Shown here: positions 54,959-56,700 of the stretch, one piece after another
Layout: each line of letters starts with the position of its first letter
Position numbering within the stretch: the stretch's first letter is position 1
Virus record (IMG/VR): IMGVR_UViG_3300037153_000087
Coordinates: 1 to 56,700 of that record
Reading direction: 5' to 3' (one strand)
DNA: 56,700 bases
DNA from: a virus
Taxonomy: Duplodnaviria; Caudoviricetes
Position numbers and translations under genes: made by a program
The notes under the pieces: model-generated
The model's input: the letters and a program-made list of their open reading frames with translations, nothing else
The model's database searches: none
Told to the model about the DNA's origin: nothing

Positions 54959-56445
54959 TCCCAGCTTGCCCAGGGCTCCACTTCCTCGGCTGTCGTGTTG
55001 AACCCCAGCGCGCCCAGGGTTGCCGCGTATAGCGGACTGATGTCCTCGTCTGTAGTCCTGCGTGACCATGCCCAGGAGTCTCCAATCACTCGCTTGTCGG
55101 CTCCAGCAAGCGCGTAGGCCATCGCCTTGTCGCCCAGGTGGACCATCCTGCTGTATCGAACCGCGTCGTAGAACCAGCCACACCACTGACAGATCTCGGT
55201 GATGTTGGGCGTCAGGACGGGGATCTCACGTTCAAGCTCCCCTTCCTTGTAGAGTCGGGCGAGCCCCTTCCGGAGGCCAGGAACCAGCGAGCCAAGAGGT
55301 CCCTTACCGTCGATCACGAAACACTTCGGATTCCACTTGACGGCCAGCACCAGAGCGCGGTCAAGCATCCAGCCAGTGCCGGGTGAGTGGTCGGTGATCT
55401 CCAGAGTTTCCAAACCCCCCTGGTTCTTGCCCCAGGCACCGATAGCGCCATACGACTTTTCGGGAGTGCAGTCGAGCCCGAACGCCACCTCCCCCGTGAG
55501 AACACTATCCGAGTCAAGGCAGTCGTTCCACATCTGCTCCTTGATGACTCGCCATTTGTCCTGCGTCGCGTCGGGCCACTGATTGAGGTAGGCGCGTCGG
55601 AAGTCGGCGAGGTCCATTGACTCCTTGTCGTCCCGGATGGCCTGGATGTCGATGGTGTAGCCCAGCGCGGGCATGCACTCCCACCAAACCTCTTCATCCT
55701 CGGGGTCCGCGTCCTCGGGTGCCGACCACTCGAAGTAGGCCACACCAGTGTTGACCCCAGCCTCGCACCGCGCTCGACCCGCGTCTACCTTGGACTTCAG
55801 GAACACGCTCTTCTCGGTGCCAGCCGTCGACACGACCCACTGCTGAGGCATCGGCCTTGTGATCATCGCGGGCTTGAACGCCTGCTCCAGGCGGTTATCG
55901 ACCTGAGCGAACGCCTCGTCGATCACGCCTAGGTCGAGCGTTTCGCCGTGTCCAGCGGTTGATGTACTTGGGATCACGCCGTGTCGGCTGCCGTTTCGCC
56001 ACTTGATCGCCTCGTGTCCGAGCTGGAGCTTAACCCTGAAGTCGTTCTTGAACTTCGACTCGCGGAGGGTGGCGACGTGCTCCTCTTCCCACTTCAGACG
56101 GGCTGCGCCTCGCGTCTGTGCCGTGTAGAGGATGCGCTGCTTGGTGCCGAACCCCAGCGCGCGTTGAACCATCATACTCAGGAGGAGGGTCGTCTTGCCC
56201 GACTGCCTCGGGACCGTCAACACGACCTCGCGATAGACCAGCCGACCCGTATCGGGGTTGACCTCCAAGGCCACGTCGGCAACATAGCGCTGCCAGGGCA
56301 TCAGAGGTGTTCCCAGCTCCTCAGCGATGCGCGCTACTGCGGGTCCATAGGTCGGACGGCTTGGTGTCCTTCCAGTCGCCCACCTCGGGGGACAACTGCG
56401 GGGTTGAGATGTCACGCTGGAGGTCGCTTCGATCATCGTCGTCAT
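54955..56445 (-). CDS. terL: Terminase large subunit
   Basis: LMPWQ; VPRQSGKT; IDEA; STAG; EWSA; nuclease GLD; start uncertain. Confidence 0.93.
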   Translation of the reverse strand: MTTMIEATSSVTSQPRSCPPRWATGRTPSRPTYGPAVARIAEELGTPLMPWQRYVADVALEVNPDTGRLVYREVVLTVPRQSGKTTLLLSMMVQRALGFGTKQRILYTAQTRGAARLKWEEEHVATLRESKFKNDFRVKLQLGHEAIKWRNGSRHGVIPSTSTAGHGETLDLGVIDEAFAQVDNRLEQAFKPAMITRPMPQQWVVSTAGTEKSVFLKSKVDAGRARCEAGVNTGVAYFEWSAPEDADPEDEEVWWECMPALGYTIDIQAIRDDKESMDLADFRRAYLNQWPDATQDKWRVIKEQMWNDCLDSDSVLTGEVAFGLDCTPEKSYGAIGAWGKNQGGLETLEITDHSPGTGWMLDRALVLAVKWNPKCFVIDGKGPLGSLVPGLRKGLARLYKEGELEREIPVLTPNITEICQWCGWFYDAVRYSRMVHLGDKAMAYALAGADKRVIGDSWAWSRRTTDEDISPLYAATLGALGFNTTAEEVEPWASWE

Positions 56446-56650
56446 CCGCTGCCTCCTGAATCCTGTTGAGGGTCTCCGTCAGTTGCTTGGCGACTGCGGC
56501 TGTTGCCATGCCCGCGTCGAGGTCGAGCTTGCTGGCCAGATTGTAGGCGACTTCGCAGAGTGATCGAACGAACGCGCCCTGTAGCTTGAGCTTGAGGATG
56601 TCGTTGCGTACCTGCGTCTCGATTGGGCCGTAATTACTCACAGTTCCCAC
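56321..56650 (-). CDS. Terminase small subunit
   Basis: Helical LA..LD....A...K.L..TL pattern; directly upstream of terL. Confidence 0.65.
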   Translation of the reverse strand: MGTVSNYGPIETQVRNDILKLKLQGAFVRSLCEVAYNLASKLDLDAGMATAAVAKQLTETLNRIQEAADDDDDRSDLQRDISTPQLSPEVGDWKDTKPSDLWTRSSAHR

Positions 56651-56700
56651 CTAATCACGCGCTGTTGATCCCCCCATGGTCCGAAAAGAAAGAGAAAGAC

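Larger units (their letters stand above)
1..56700. mobile_element. Probably complete siphovirus genome of an actinomycete (HK97-like head, likely cos packaging)
   Basis: Full virion, lysis and replication modules; terS at the right end and HNH at the left end become adjacent on circularisation; no flanking host genes. Confidence 0.9.

Overview
This window looks like an essentially complete ~56.7-kb, high-GC siphophage genome, shown reverse-complemented relative to convention. The host is probably a filamentous actinomycete (DUF397, TraB/SpdB-like genes, HrdB-type promoters). The right arm (36.3-56.7 kb, minus strand) is an HK97-type virion and lysis module. It runs from terminase through portal, protease, capsid, tail, frameshifted chaperone, tape measure, tail fibres, amidase and holin. 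An HNH gene at the opposite end suggests cos packaging. The middle (16.7-33.3 kb) is replication and nucleotide metabolism: a PD-(D/E)XK nuclease, Sak4-like ATPase, SSB-like protein, prim-pol, DinG helicase, PolA, RuvC-like resolvase, a PurZ/PurZ0-type synthetase, an all-alpha pyrophosphatase and an NDT-dUTPase fusion. The left arm is an array of small genes behind repeated promoter cassettes. Two features stand out. (1) A 2-aminoadenine (Z) genome pathway that unusually includes a phage-encoded adenylosuccinate lyase (PurB) and has no recognisable DatZ. By eye, G/C-only restriction palindromes are nearly absent while A-containing ones are abundant. (2) A Streptomyces-plasmid-style conjugation module (SpdB-like + TraB-like FtsK translocase + candidate clt repeats) inside a tailed phage. 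No integrase, tRNA or CRISPR array was seen. All calls come from motif recognition by eye, not database searches.
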